From the NCBI GenBank assembly GCA_964433555.1, contig CAYSRG010000007.1, positions 7,422 through 71,421 on the forward strand: DNA of 64,000 bases, read 5' to 3'. The notes beneath the pieces are model-generated. The model had not been told where the DNA came from, ran no database searches, and saw only the letters and a program-made list of their open reading frames with translations. Positions 21,725-30,665 of this stretch are shown here, in pieces (positions within the stretch are counted from its first letter, which is position 1; each line of letters begins with the position of its first letter). Source of the DNA: an uncultured Atribacterota bacterium (lineage in GTDB: Bacteria > Atribacterota > Phoenicimicrobiia > Phoenicimicrobiales > Stramentimicrobiaceae). A program made the position numbers and the translations under genes.

Positions 21725-23056
21725 TTATTTACTCTTTTCATAAAGAAATACAATTGGAATGCCTCTTAAATCAAAGTTTTGAATAAATTGATTTTCTATA
21801 TACCTTTGATAGGAATTATATAGAAGTTCAGGTTTATTCACAAATATTCTGAAAGTAGGAGGCTTAATTCCGATTTGAGTAATATAATAAAAATGTATTC
21901 TTCTACCATTGATTATCTTTGGGATTCTTCTATTTACAATCTTTTGTAAAAAATTGTTTAATTCAGAAGTAGATATTTTATTATTATATTTGCAAAATAT
22001 TTCAATGATTTTTTTTAAAACTGGTAAGAAATCTTTTTTAGGATCTATTGCTATTGTGGTCAAAATAGGAGCATTTTTAAGAAATCTAAAGTTATATTTA
22101 CTTATTTGTAAAAGGTATTTTTTGTCAATTTCCTTTTGTTTGCTTATTAAATCATATTTATTTAATAAAACAATACAAGCTTTCTTATCTTCAATAATTC
22201 TTCTGGCCAGACGTTTATCCTGCATACTGATAGCATGGGAAGCATCCAAAACTAATAATACTATATCAGCTTTTTTAATAGCTTCGATTGATCTTAAATT
22301 TCCGTAATATTCGATTTTTTGTTTTACGCTTTTTTTTCGCCTCAATCCTGAAGTATCAATAAAATTAAGTCTATATTTATCAAAATTTAGTGACACTTCT
22401 ATTGCATCTCTGGTGGTACCAGGATTCTCATCTACAATAATTCTATCTTCTTTTAAAATGGCATTTAAAATACTGGATTTACCAACATTTGGTTTACCTA
22501 TGATGGCAACTCTTATTAGATAATCAGGATTTTCACTTAAATCAACTTTTTTGTCTTTATCAGGTATTAAAGCTGTTATTCTGTCCAGTAATTCACTAAT
22601 ATTGATTTCCTGTTCTGCAGAAATAAGACATGGTTCTCCCAGACCTAAGAGATAAAATTCACTAAAAAAATAATTCTTATTTTTTATGTCACTCTTGTTT
22701 ATTACTAATATGGTTTTTTTATGATTTTTTCGAATGAATCTGGCAATATCGATATCTTCCTGTTGAATTCCTGTCTTAACATCCAAAAGAAGTAAAATAA
22801 TTTCAGAATCAGAGATAGCTTTTATTGCCTGTTCTAAAATCTTTTTTTGTATGCTATTTTGTTTATCGATATAATCAATACCACCAGTATCTATTAATGT
22901 GAATGGTTTGCCCTGCCATTGAACTTCTGCATAATTTCTATCACGAGTAATACCGGCTTCAGATAGGACAATAGATTTTTTAAAACCAATTATACGATTA
23001 AATAGAGTGGATTTTCCTGTATTTGTTTTTCCAATAATGGCAACCTTTATATCCAT
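21725..23056 (-). CDS. der: Ribosome-associated GTPase Der (EngA)
   Basis: Two tandem G domains (GKTNTGKST and GKPNVGKSS) plus a KH-like C-terminus. 443 aa. Confidence 0.9.
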   Translation of the reverse strand: MDIKVAIIGKTNTGKSTLFNRIIGFKKSIVLSEAGITRDRNYAEVQWQGKPFTLIDTGGIDYIDKQNSIQKKILEQAIKAISDSEIILLLLDVKTGIQQEDIDIARFIRKNHKKTILVINKSDIKNKNYFFSEFYLLGLGEPCLISAEQEINISELLDRITALIPDKDKKVDLSENPDYLIRVAIIGKPNVGKSSILNAILKEDRIIVDENPGTTRDAIEVSLNFDKYRLNFIDTSGLRRKKSVKQKIEYYGNLRSIEAIKKADIVLLVLDASHAISMQDKRLARRIIEDKKACIVLLNKYDLISKQKEIDKKYLLQISKYNFRFLKNAPILTTIAIDPKKDFLPVLKKIIEIFCKYNNKISTSELNNFLQKIVNRRIPKIINGRRIHFYYITQIGIKPPTFRIFVNKPELLYNSYQRYIENQFIQNFDLRGIPIVFLYEKSK

Positions 23057-23095
23057 ATTTTTAAATAACCACTTAGTTAAGAACGGATTGAATAA

Positions 23096-23767
23096 TTATA
23101 ATGATTTTAACTTTCTTTGAAGTTTTTTTATCATATTTTCAGGATTTTCAGCTTCAAATATTTCAGAACCGACTACTAAGATATTTGCTCCAGTTTTATT
23201 TATGGTCTGAATATTCTTGACATTAATACCCCCATCAACCTGGATATTAATATTTTTCTTACTTTGATTTACTATTTCTCTAGCCTGAGCAATCTTTTGT
23301 AACATAGTCGGGATAAATTGTTGCCCACCAAAACCTGGATTAACGGTCATAATCAATATTACATCCAGCTTGTCTAATACATACTTAATCATCTCTAAGG
23401 GAGTTGAAGGATTTAATGCCACTCCTACTGTCAAACCAGAATCAATTATCATTTGTAATGTTTTATCTAAATGCAAGCAAGTTTCAACATGAACGATTAA
23501 ACTATCTTGAACATGTAACACTTCGGAAAATACTTTTATATATCTTTCCGGCTTTTCTATCATTAAATGAACACTAAGAGGAAGGCTTGTATTTTTTCTA
23601 ATTGTTTCGACTATTTTAGGCCCAAAAGTAATGTTTGGAACAAAATTACCATCCATAATATCGAGATGAATTAAATCAACTTTACATCTTTCTAAAATAT
23701 GTAGAACTTCACTCAGACAGGAAAAATCAGCATTTAGTATTGATGGAGCTAATCTATTTTTTAACAT
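23096..23767 (-). CDS. rpe: Ribulose-phosphate 3-epimerase
   Basis: APSILNADF...HLDIMDG...VNPGFGGQ motifs. 223 aa. Confidence 0.9.
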   Translation of the reverse strand: MLKNRLAPSILNADFSCLSEVLHILERCKVDLIHLDIMDGNFVPNITFGPKIVETIRKNTSLPLSVHLMIEKPERYIKVFSEVLHVQDSLIVHVETCLHLDKTLQMIIDSGLTVGVALNPSTPLEMIKYVLDKLDVILIMTVNPGFGGQQFIPTMLQKIAQAREIVNQSKKNINIQVDGGINVKNIQTINKTGANILVVGSEIFEAENPENMIKKLQRKLKSL

Positions 23768-23799
23768 CTTATTAACCTTTTCTATTTAAACAAATATTT

Positions 23800-25347
23800 T
23801 TATATTAAATATTCTCTATCCAGGCTTCTATATTGGATAGCTTCGGCAATATGTATAGTTTGAATTTTTTCCATTAAAGCAAGATCAGCAATTGTTCTTG
23901 CTAACTTTAATATTTTATCATATGCCCGAGCACTCAATTTTAATTTTTCCATTGCATGGCTTAATAAATCCCATGCTTCAATGGATAACGAGCAGTATTT
24001 TTCAATATCTTTCCGATTCATCTGTGAATTATTATAAGTATTTCTATCTTTAAAACGTTTTAATTGCATTTTTCTGGCTTTTTCAATTCTTTTTCTAATT
24101 TCACTAGAACGTTCGTTGTGATTTTTTCTATTTACTAATTCTTTATAATCTAATCTTGGAACTTCAATCTGAATATCTATTCTATCTAATAGTGGACCTG
24201 AAATCCTTGCTCTATACTTCTGAATTTGATATGAGGTACAGGTACATTGTTTAACAGGGTCACCGAAATAACCACAGGGACAGGGGTTAGCAGCGGCTAC
24301 CAGCATAAAGTGAGATAAATAAGTTACTGAACGTAAAGCTCTGGAAATATTGACCCTTCCATTTTCTATTGGTTGACGTAATGACTCTAAAGCTGTACGA
24401 TTAAACTCAGGAAGTTCATCTAAAAATAATACTCCATTATGGGCTAAACTTATTTCACCTGGTTTTGGTATTGTTCCACCTCCAATAAGTCCAATATCGC
24501 TTATGGTATGATGTGGTGATCGAAAAGGTCTTCTAGTCATGACAGGACATTTTCTATTAGCTAAATTAGAAATGCTGTATAAACGAGTTATTTCAATTGC
24601 TTCTTCCAAAGTTAAGCTGGGTAAAATTGTCGGGATACGTTTTGCCAACATAGTTTTACCCGAACCAGGTGGACCGATCATTATCATATTATGACCACCT
24701 GCAGCTGCTACCTCCAGGGCTCTTTTAGCCTGCTGCTGACCTTTGACGTCTGAAAAGTCTACTAAATAGTCATCACTGTTAGACATTAGTTCTTCTTTAT
24801 TAACACAAAAATGCTTTATATTAATTTCTTTATTTAAAAATTGAACTACTTGACGTAAATTGGAAACAGGATAAATATTTATTCCATCAACTATTCCTGC
24901 CTCTCGGGCATTTTCCTGAGGAACAATAATATTATTAATACCATTTTTCTTAGCCATTAAAGCAATTGATAATACTCCATTTACTGGCTTTATGCCACCA
25001 TTAAGAGAGAGTTCACCAATGATAATAAAATTTTTATAAAAAATACTTTGTATTTGTTCATTGGCAATTAATATTCCAATAGCAATAGGTAAATCCAAGG
25101 CTGGTCCTTCTTTTTTGATATCAGCTGGAGCTAAATTAACGGTTATCCTTTGCATAGGAAATTGATATTCAGCATTTCTTAAAGCAGATCTAACTCTTTC
25201 TCTCGATTCTTGCACGGCAGTGTCAGGTAAACCTACAATATTAAAAGAAGGTAATCCATTGGCAACATCTACTTCTACTTCAACAATAAATGCCTCTACA
25301 CCTAAAAGTGCGGAACTACAAAGTTTTGAAATCAAGATATCACCCAA
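23800..25347 (-). CDS. comM: YifB/ComM family Mg-chelatase-like AAA+ ATPase
   Basis: N-terminal Lon-like domain, then [13 protein letters not shown] Walker A. 515 aa. Confidence 0.85.
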   Translation of the reverse strand: MGDILISKLCSSALLGVEAFIVEVEVDVANGLPSFNIVGLPDTAVQESRERVRSALRNAEYQFPMQRITVNLAPADIKKEGPALDLPIAIGILIANEQIQSIFYKNFIIIGELSLNGGIKPVNGVLSIALMAKKNGINNIIVPQENAREAGIVDGINIYPVSNLRQVVQFLNKEINIKHFCVNKEELMSNSDDYLVDFSDVKGQQQAKRALEVAAAGGHNMIMIGPPGSGKTMLAKRIPTILPSLTLEEAIEITRLYSISNLANRKCPVMTRRPFRSPHHTISDIGLIGGGTIPKPGEISLAHNGVLFLDELPEFNRTALESLRQPIENGRVNISRALRSVTYLSHFMLVAAANPCPCGYFGDPVKQCTCTSYQIQKYRARISGPLLDRIDIQIEVPRLDYKELVNRKNHNERSSEIRKRIEKARKMQLKRFKDRNTYNNSQMNRKDIEKYCSLSIEAWDLLSHAMEKLKLSARAYDKILKLARTIADLALMEKIQTIHIAEAIQYRSLDREYLI

Positions 25348-25367
25348 ACCTATTATTATTTTAAATT

Positions 25368-25721
25368 TTATTGATGAAACGCATTAGTAATATGATTTAT
25401 CTTTGTTAAAAAATTATTATTCAAATTAAGAGCTATAACATCAAAGCGAAAAAGCTTATCTTTAATCTTGTGTTGTTTGATATATAGTTCTGCTACTTTT
25501 ATAATTTTATTTTTCTTATATTGAGTAATTGACTCTTCTGGGGAACCACATATATCTGATCTTCTAGATTTTACTTCAATAAAACAAATACAATTATTCT
25601 TTTCGGCAATTATATCTATTTCACCAAAAGATACTTTATAATTTTGCTCTAAAATATGATATCCCTTTTTGTTAAGGTAATATCTGGCAATTTTTTCTCC
25701 AGTATTTCCTGTATTATTCAT
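25368..25721 (-). CDS. yraN: YraN family endonuclease (UPF0102)
   Basis: 117 aa with GEIDIIA...FIEVK core. Conserved neighbour of rnhB. Confidence 0.7.
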   Translation of the reverse strand: MNNTGNTGEKIARYYLNKKGYHILEQNYKVSFGEIDIIAEKNNCICFIEVKSRRSDICGSPEESITQYKKNKIIKVAELYIKQHKIKDKLFRFDVIALNLNNNFLTKINHITNAFHQ

Positions 25722-25723
25722 TA

Positions 25724-26440
25724 TTACTCATCTAGATTTATTGAATTATATATTTCTGGGGTATTTATTTTATTGATTATTACACCTTTGAATGTTTTTC
25801 GATGAATAGGGCAATATCCATACGCCTTTATCGCTGCGAGATGTTTCTTTGTCCCATATCCCATGTTTTGATTAAAGAGATATAGTGGGTATTTTTCATG
25901 ATATTTCTTCATAAGATTATCTCGATATACTTTAGCTACAACTGATGCCGCAGCTATGGAAATACTTTTATCTTCTCCCTTAATAATGCTATCTTGTGAT
26001 ATATTAATAAATGGAATTTTTAAGGCGTCAACTAACAAATAATCGGGGCATTGATTAAGAGATATAATTGCTCTTTTCATTGCCAGTATGGTTGCCTTTA
26101 GAATATTTATTCTATCAATGGTACTGGAATCAACTAAACCTATGCCTATATCATAAGATTTTTCCCTAATTAATTTAGATAAATATTCCCTTTTAACTTT
26201 GCTTATTTTTTTAGAATCTTTTAAATTTGTAATAAAAAAAGAGTCAATATCTTTTATTACTATTGCAGCAGCAACAACGGGACCGGCTAAAGCACCTCTT
26301 CCTACTTCGTCAATACCAGCGATACACTGGAAACCGGAAGAAAATAACTTTCGTTCAATAACTTTTAGTCTTTCTATCCTTATTCTTTCCTGGTATAAAA
26401 AATTAATTTTTCTTTTTAAACGAAAAACTTCTTCTTTCAA
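25724..26440 (-). CDS. rnhB: Ribonuclease HII
   Basis: GIDEVGRGALAGPVV active-site motif. 238 aa. Confidence 0.9.
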   Translation of the reverse strand: MKEEVFRLKRKINFLYQERIRIERLKVIERKLFSSGFQCIAGIDEVGRGALAGPVVAAAIVIKDIDSFFITNLKDSKKISKVKREYLSKLIREKSYDIGIGLVDSSTIDRINILKATILAMKRAIISLNQCPDYLLVDALKIPFINISQDSIIKGEDKSISIAAASVVAKVYRDNLMKKYHEKYPLYLFNQNMGYGTKKHLAAIKAYGYCPIHRKTFKGVIINKINTPEIYNSINLDE

Positions 26441-26464
26441 TTTAGTTAATCTGATGATGAAAAA

Positions 26465-26797
26465 TTAGGTCATCAATCCCTTTTGTCCAACTCTGTCTCT
26501 TAAAAAGTATAATTTAGCTTTTCTTGCTGAGCCACTTTTAACGAGTTTAATCTTTTCTATATTTGGAGAATGTATCGGAAAGATCTTCTCAACGCCAATA
26601 CCTTTAGTAACCTTTCTTACCGTAATTGTTTCTCTACTTCCACTATGTTTTCTAGCGATTAAAATTCCTCGGAAAATCTGAGTCCTTTTTCTCTCACCTT
26701 CAATAATCCTTTGGTGTACTTCAATCAAATCCCCAGGTTTTGCTTCTAATATTTCTTTTTTTAATTGCTCATCTTCAATATTTTTAATATAATTCAT
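26465..26797 (-). CDS. rplS: 50S ribosomal protein L19
   Basis: 110 aa. trmD-rplS synteny. Conserved FRGILIARKH region. Confidence 0.9.
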   Translation of the reverse strand: MNYIKNIEDEQLKKEILEAKPGDLIEVHQRIIEGERKRTQIFRGILIARKHSGSRETITVRKVTKGIGVEKIFPIHSPNIEKIKLVKSGSARKAKLYFLRDRVGQKGLMT

Positions 26798-26816
26798 TAG
26801 TATCTCCCTTTCTTTT

Positions 26817-27557
26817 CTAACTGAGTGTTTTTAGATCATTGATTATTTTAAGCTCTTCTTTGGAAAACTTTCTATCAGCTAACAAATCGGGTCTACGAAT
26901 AATTGTTCTTAATAAAGATTGTTTTATTCTCCACCTTTTGATTCTTTTATGATCCCCAGATAATAATACTTCAGGAACTTCATGCCCCTTATATTTCTCA
27001 GGTCTGGTAAAATGAGGATAATCAAGTATACCATTATAAAACGAATCATTCTTCAATGATTCTTTCTTTCCTAATACACCTGGCAACATTCTAGTTATTG
27101 CATCAACCAGAACCATTACCGGTATTTCTCCCCCTGTTAAAACATAATCTCCGATTGAAATCTCTTCTGCATTTAATATACGATAAACTCTCTCATCAAT
27201 ACCTTCGTATCTTCCACAAATAAAAATAATTTTTTCAAAATATGATAATTGATTCACTATTTTTTGATTAAGAATTTTACCTTGAGCAGAAGTAATTATT
27301 ATCTTGCTATCAATCCAACTACTATCTTTTTTAAAAATATATTCTACTGATTCAACTATAGGCTCGGGTTTTAATACCATTCCAGGGCCACCACCATAGG
27401 AGTAGTCATCAACACTCTTATGCTTATCTTTAGCAAAATCTCTAATATCTATAATGTTAATATTTACTAAATTTTTATCCTTAGCTCTTTTAATAATGCT
27501 TTCTGAAAATGGTGAATTAAACATCTCTGGAAAAATTGTCAAAATTATTATTTCCAT
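26817..27557 (-). CDS. trmD: tRNA (guanine37-N1)-methyltransferase
   Basis: SPOUT-family TrmD motifs (IDIRDF..., YVLTGGEIP). 246 aa. Confidence 0.9.
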   Translation of the reverse strand: MEIIILTIFPEMFNSPFSESIIKRAKDKNLVNINIIDIRDFAKDKHKSVDDYSYGGGPGMVLKPEPIVESVEYIFKKDSSWIDSKIIITSAQGKILNQKIVNQLSYFEKIIFICGRYEGIDERVYRILNAEEISIGDYVLTGGEIPVMVLVDAITRMLPGVLGKKESLKNDSFYNGILDYPHFTRPEKYKGHEVPEVLLSGDHKRIKRWRIKQSLLRTIIRRPDLLADRKFSKEELKIINDLKTLS

Positions 27558-27583
27558 TTTTAATCCTATTTGTTACTATTTTA

Positions 27584-27844
27584 CTAATAGTTAATGGGAA
27601 AATTACTATTTTTACTTTCCATTATTTCAATGATAGTCCTATTTCTTTCTTTTATGGTTGCTGCATTAGTGATTGCTCTAATTGCCTTAATTACTCTTCC
27701 CTGTTTACCAATAATTTTCCCTATATCGGATGGATCAGCAGTTATTTCTAATATAGTCATATTATCTTGATTAATTCTATTAATTTTAAGCTTATCTGGA
27801 AAATCTACAAGCATTTTTAGTAAATACTCAATTAGTTCATTCAA
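27584..27844 (-). CDS. KH domain RNA-binding protein (UPF0109, YlqC-like)
   Basis: 86 aa with a GKIIGKQGRVIKAIR KH motif. Sits between rpsP and trmD. Confidence 0.7.
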   Translation of the reverse strand: MNELIEYLLKMLVDFPDKLKINRINQDNMTILEITADPSDIGKIIGKQGRVIKAIRAITNAATIKERNRTIIEIMESKNSNFPINY

Positions 27845-27900
27845 AATATTTCTCCAAAGATTTATAATTAATTCATTTGATAATTTTTTAAATCATTATC

Positions 27901-28173
27901 TTAAACTTCTTTTGAATTATCTAAGATGCCTTCCTTTTTAAATAAAGACTCAACTGTTTTAGTCATTTTTGCTCCCTGCTTAATCCATTTCAAGCTTTCT
28001 TCCTTATCAATATTAAAGGTGTATGGTTCTTTCGTAGGCTGATAATAACCTAACATTTTGATAAATCTTCCATCCCTTGGTTTACGGGAATCTATAACTA
28101 TAACCTTATAACAAGGATTTTTTTTAGCACCTTCTCTTCTTAGTTTAATCTTGGCAGACATTTTTTCCTCCAT
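27901..28173 (-). CDS. rpsP: 30S ribosomal protein S16
   Basis: 90 aa. IKLRREGAKKNPCYKVIVIDSR is a typical S16 N-terminus. Confidence 0.9.
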   Translation of the reverse strand: MEEKMSAKIKLRREGAKKNPCYKVIVIDSRKPRDGRFIKMLGYYQPTKEPYTFNIDKEESLKWIKQGAKMTKTVESLFKKEGILDNSKEV

Positions 28174-28209
28174 AAATGTTTTTAAAATATTGTTTATTCA
28201 TTCTTATTC

Positions 28210-29538
28210 TTATCTCATAAAAGAAATTAAAGATTTTTTACTACTAGTACATTTTAAGAATTTCTTCATTTTAAAAAATTGGTTTAATAGACGATTCACA
28301 TCACTTACATTAGTTCCGCTACCTTTTGCAATTCTTCTCCTTCTACTTCCATCTATTATATCGGGTTCTAACTTTTCTTGCTTGGTCATTGAACAGATAA
28401 TTGCTTCAACCCTGCTTAATCCTTTTTCTTCATCTCCCATATTTTGTTTAATATTCTTTAAGGAACTTGAAAATTGAATAGGCATCATATTAAAGATATT
28501 TTCTAGGGAACCCATTTTTTTTATTTTTTTAATTTGTTCATAAAAATCATTAAGATTAAATTGATCTCTAAATTCTTTTTTCCCTATATTTTGTATTTCA
28601 TTGCGGGCATAATTTGCTTCAATTTTTTCAATTAGTGATAAGGTATCACCCATTCCTAGTATTCGTGAAGAAATACGATCAGGATAGAACAGTTCTAAAT
28701 CACTTATTTTCTCGCCAACTCCAATAAATTTAATAGGCAAACCAGTAATGCTTCTGATGGATAGGGCGACACCACCACGAGCATCACCATCTAATTTTGT
28801 TAGAATAAAGCCATCTACCCCAACTTCATTATTGAAATCATTTGCTACTCTTAAAGCATCCTGACCCATTAAAGCATCAAGAACTAATAATGTTTCATCA
28901 ACGGCTATCGAATTTTTTATGTCCTTTAATTCTTGTATCAAGTCCCTATCTATATGCAATCTACCAGCTGTATCAATAATAATTACATCATGTTTATGTA
29001 TTTTTGCCCATTGTTCTGCTTCATAAATGGTGCCCAATGTATTTTTATTAATATCGCCGGTAAATACTTCAACACCAGCTTTTTTACCAATTATTAATAA
29101 CTGTTCAATAGCAGCAGGTCTAATTCTATCTGCTGCCACTAATAGCGGCGTATAACCATCATTTTTAACATTTAAAGCCAACTTGGCGGCAGTAGTAGTT
29201 TTACCAGAACCCTGTAAACCAATAAGTAAAATAGTTGTCGGTAATTTTACACTAATTTTTATTTTACTCTGCTTTTCTCCCAATATACCAGTTAATATTC
29301 CGTGGGTCATTTTAATAATCTGTTGTCCTGGAGTAAGTGTCTTAGATAGTTTTTCCTGAGTTGCCTGTTGTTCCAGTTTGGCAATAAAATCTTTTACTAC
29401 CTTATAGTGTACATCAGCTTCAAGAAGAACAAGCTTAACTTCTCTCAAAGATTGTTTAATGTCAGATTCTGAAATTTTACCCTTTTCTTTTATTTTATTT
29501 AAAACTAATTGCATTTTTTCTGATAGTTTCTCTAACAT
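28210..29538 (-). CDS. ffh: Signal recognition particle protein Ffh
   Basis: N domain, G domain with GLQGSGKTTT, and Met-rich M domain. 442 aa. Confidence 0.9.
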   Translation of the reverse strand: MLEKLSEKMQLVLNKIKEKGKISESDIKQSLREVKLVLLEADVHYKVVKDFIAKLEQQATQEKLSKTLTPGQQIIKMTHGILTGILGEKQSKIKISVKLPTTILLIGLQGSGKTTTAAKLALNVKNDGYTPLLVAADRIRPAAIEQLLIIGKKAGVEVFTGDINKNTLGTIYEAEQWAKIHKHDVIIIDTAGRLHIDRDLIQELKDIKNSIAVDETLLVLDALMGQDALRVANDFNNEVGVDGFILTKLDGDARGGVALSIRSITGLPIKFIGVGEKISDLELFYPDRISSRILGMGDTLSLIEKIEANYARNEIQNIGKKEFRDQFNLNDFYEQIKKIKKMGSLENIFNMMPIQFSSSLKNIKQNMGDEEKGLSRVEAIICSMTKQEKLEPDIIDGSRRRRIAKGSGTNVSDVNRLLNQFFKMKKFLKCTSSKKSLISFMR

Positions 29539-29745
29539 AATTTTTCACCTGAACAAAAGTATTACCAATTATCAAACTTATTAAGATATTTTTATTATTT
29601 TTTAATATTATTCAGAAAATATAATTTTCTTTAGTGCATTTAATTCTTCTTTTTATTTAAAGATATAAGAAAAGAAGTGTTTAAAAATTTAAAAATAAAT
29701 AAAATGACAAATTCTATATCAGTATATAGAAAATTATATTTAGTG

Positions 29746-30531
29746 TCAATCAAGCAGTATTTCTATAAACCTTTCTGGTACATATTCACTTAAATCTGTA
29801 ATCTTTTCTCCAAAAGTGATGAAGGTGACAGGTATAAAAAGGTCTTTCTGTATAGCTAAAACAATTCCCCCTTTAGCTGTACCATCTAACTTAGTTAAGG
29901 CAATACTAGATATCCCTAAAGATTTTTTAAAATTACTTGCTTGAACAAGTCCATTTTGACCAGTAGTAGCATCAATCACTAGTATAGTATTCAATAAAGA
30001 CCACGGAGCATTTTTATTAATTACTCTTTTAATCTTTTCTAATTCTTTCATCAGATTATTGTAGGTATGCAATCTTCCAGCTGTGTCAATTATTAATAAT
30101 ACTTTCTTTTTAGCCTTAGCAGATTGTATGCTATCAAAAACAACAGAAGCAGGGTCTGAACCAGCTGATGTTCTTAAGATTTCAACCCCTACTTGTTTGG
30201 ATAATAAAGTCAATTGCTCAATAGCACCTGCTCTAAAAGTATCAGCAGGAACAAGTAAAGAATTCAATCCTTTATTTTTATAGTAATAGGCAAGTTTTCC
30301 AGCAAAAGAAGTCTTACCAGTTCCATTGACTCCCACAATCATTATGATGTTCAATATTTCTGGATTTATCGTCAATGCGCAATTTTCTCTTGGAATTAAA
30401 TCAATCAATATTTGTTTAAGAAGTTTTTTAAAATAATTAAAATCATTCATTTTAAATTGATGTATGTTCATTGTTTGAAAACGGGCTACTATTTCTTCAG
30501 TAGTTCTGGGACCAATATCTGATAATAGCAA
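29746..30531 (-). CDS. ftsY: SRP receptor FtsY. The track start is TTG; the N-domain helix is encoded in-frame upstream, so the real start is probably a non-canonical codon near 30669
   Basis: GVNGTGKTS Walker A, DTAGR, TKLDG motifs. The upstream in-frame stretch ...IKIGNLITSLKTGLKKTRDNL...LFLEKIEELLLLSDIGP aligns with the N-terminus of Bacillus FtsY. There is no ATG/GTG/TTG between the stop at 30808-30810 and 30531. Confidence 0.85.
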   Translation of the reverse strand: MLLSDIGPRTTEEIVARFQTMNIHQFKMNDFNYFKKLLKQILIDLIPRENCALTINPEILNIIMIVGVNGTGKTSFAGKLAYYYKNKGLNSLLVPADTFRAGAIEQLTLLSKQVGVEILRTSAGSDPASVVFDSIQSAKAKKKVLLIIDTAGRLHTYNNLMKELEKIKRVINKNAPWSLLNTILVIDATTGQNGLVQASNFKKSLGISSIALTKLDGTAKGGIVLAIQKDLFIPVTFITFGEKITDLSEYVPERFIEILLD

Positions 30532-30665
30532 TAATTCCTCAATCTTTTCCAGAAATAGATTTTTATCTTTTACGGCATCTAAAAATAAAATATCATATTT
30601 ATCAATTAGATTATCTCTGGTTTTTTTTAAACCGGTTTTTAAGGAAGTTATTAAATTACCTATTT

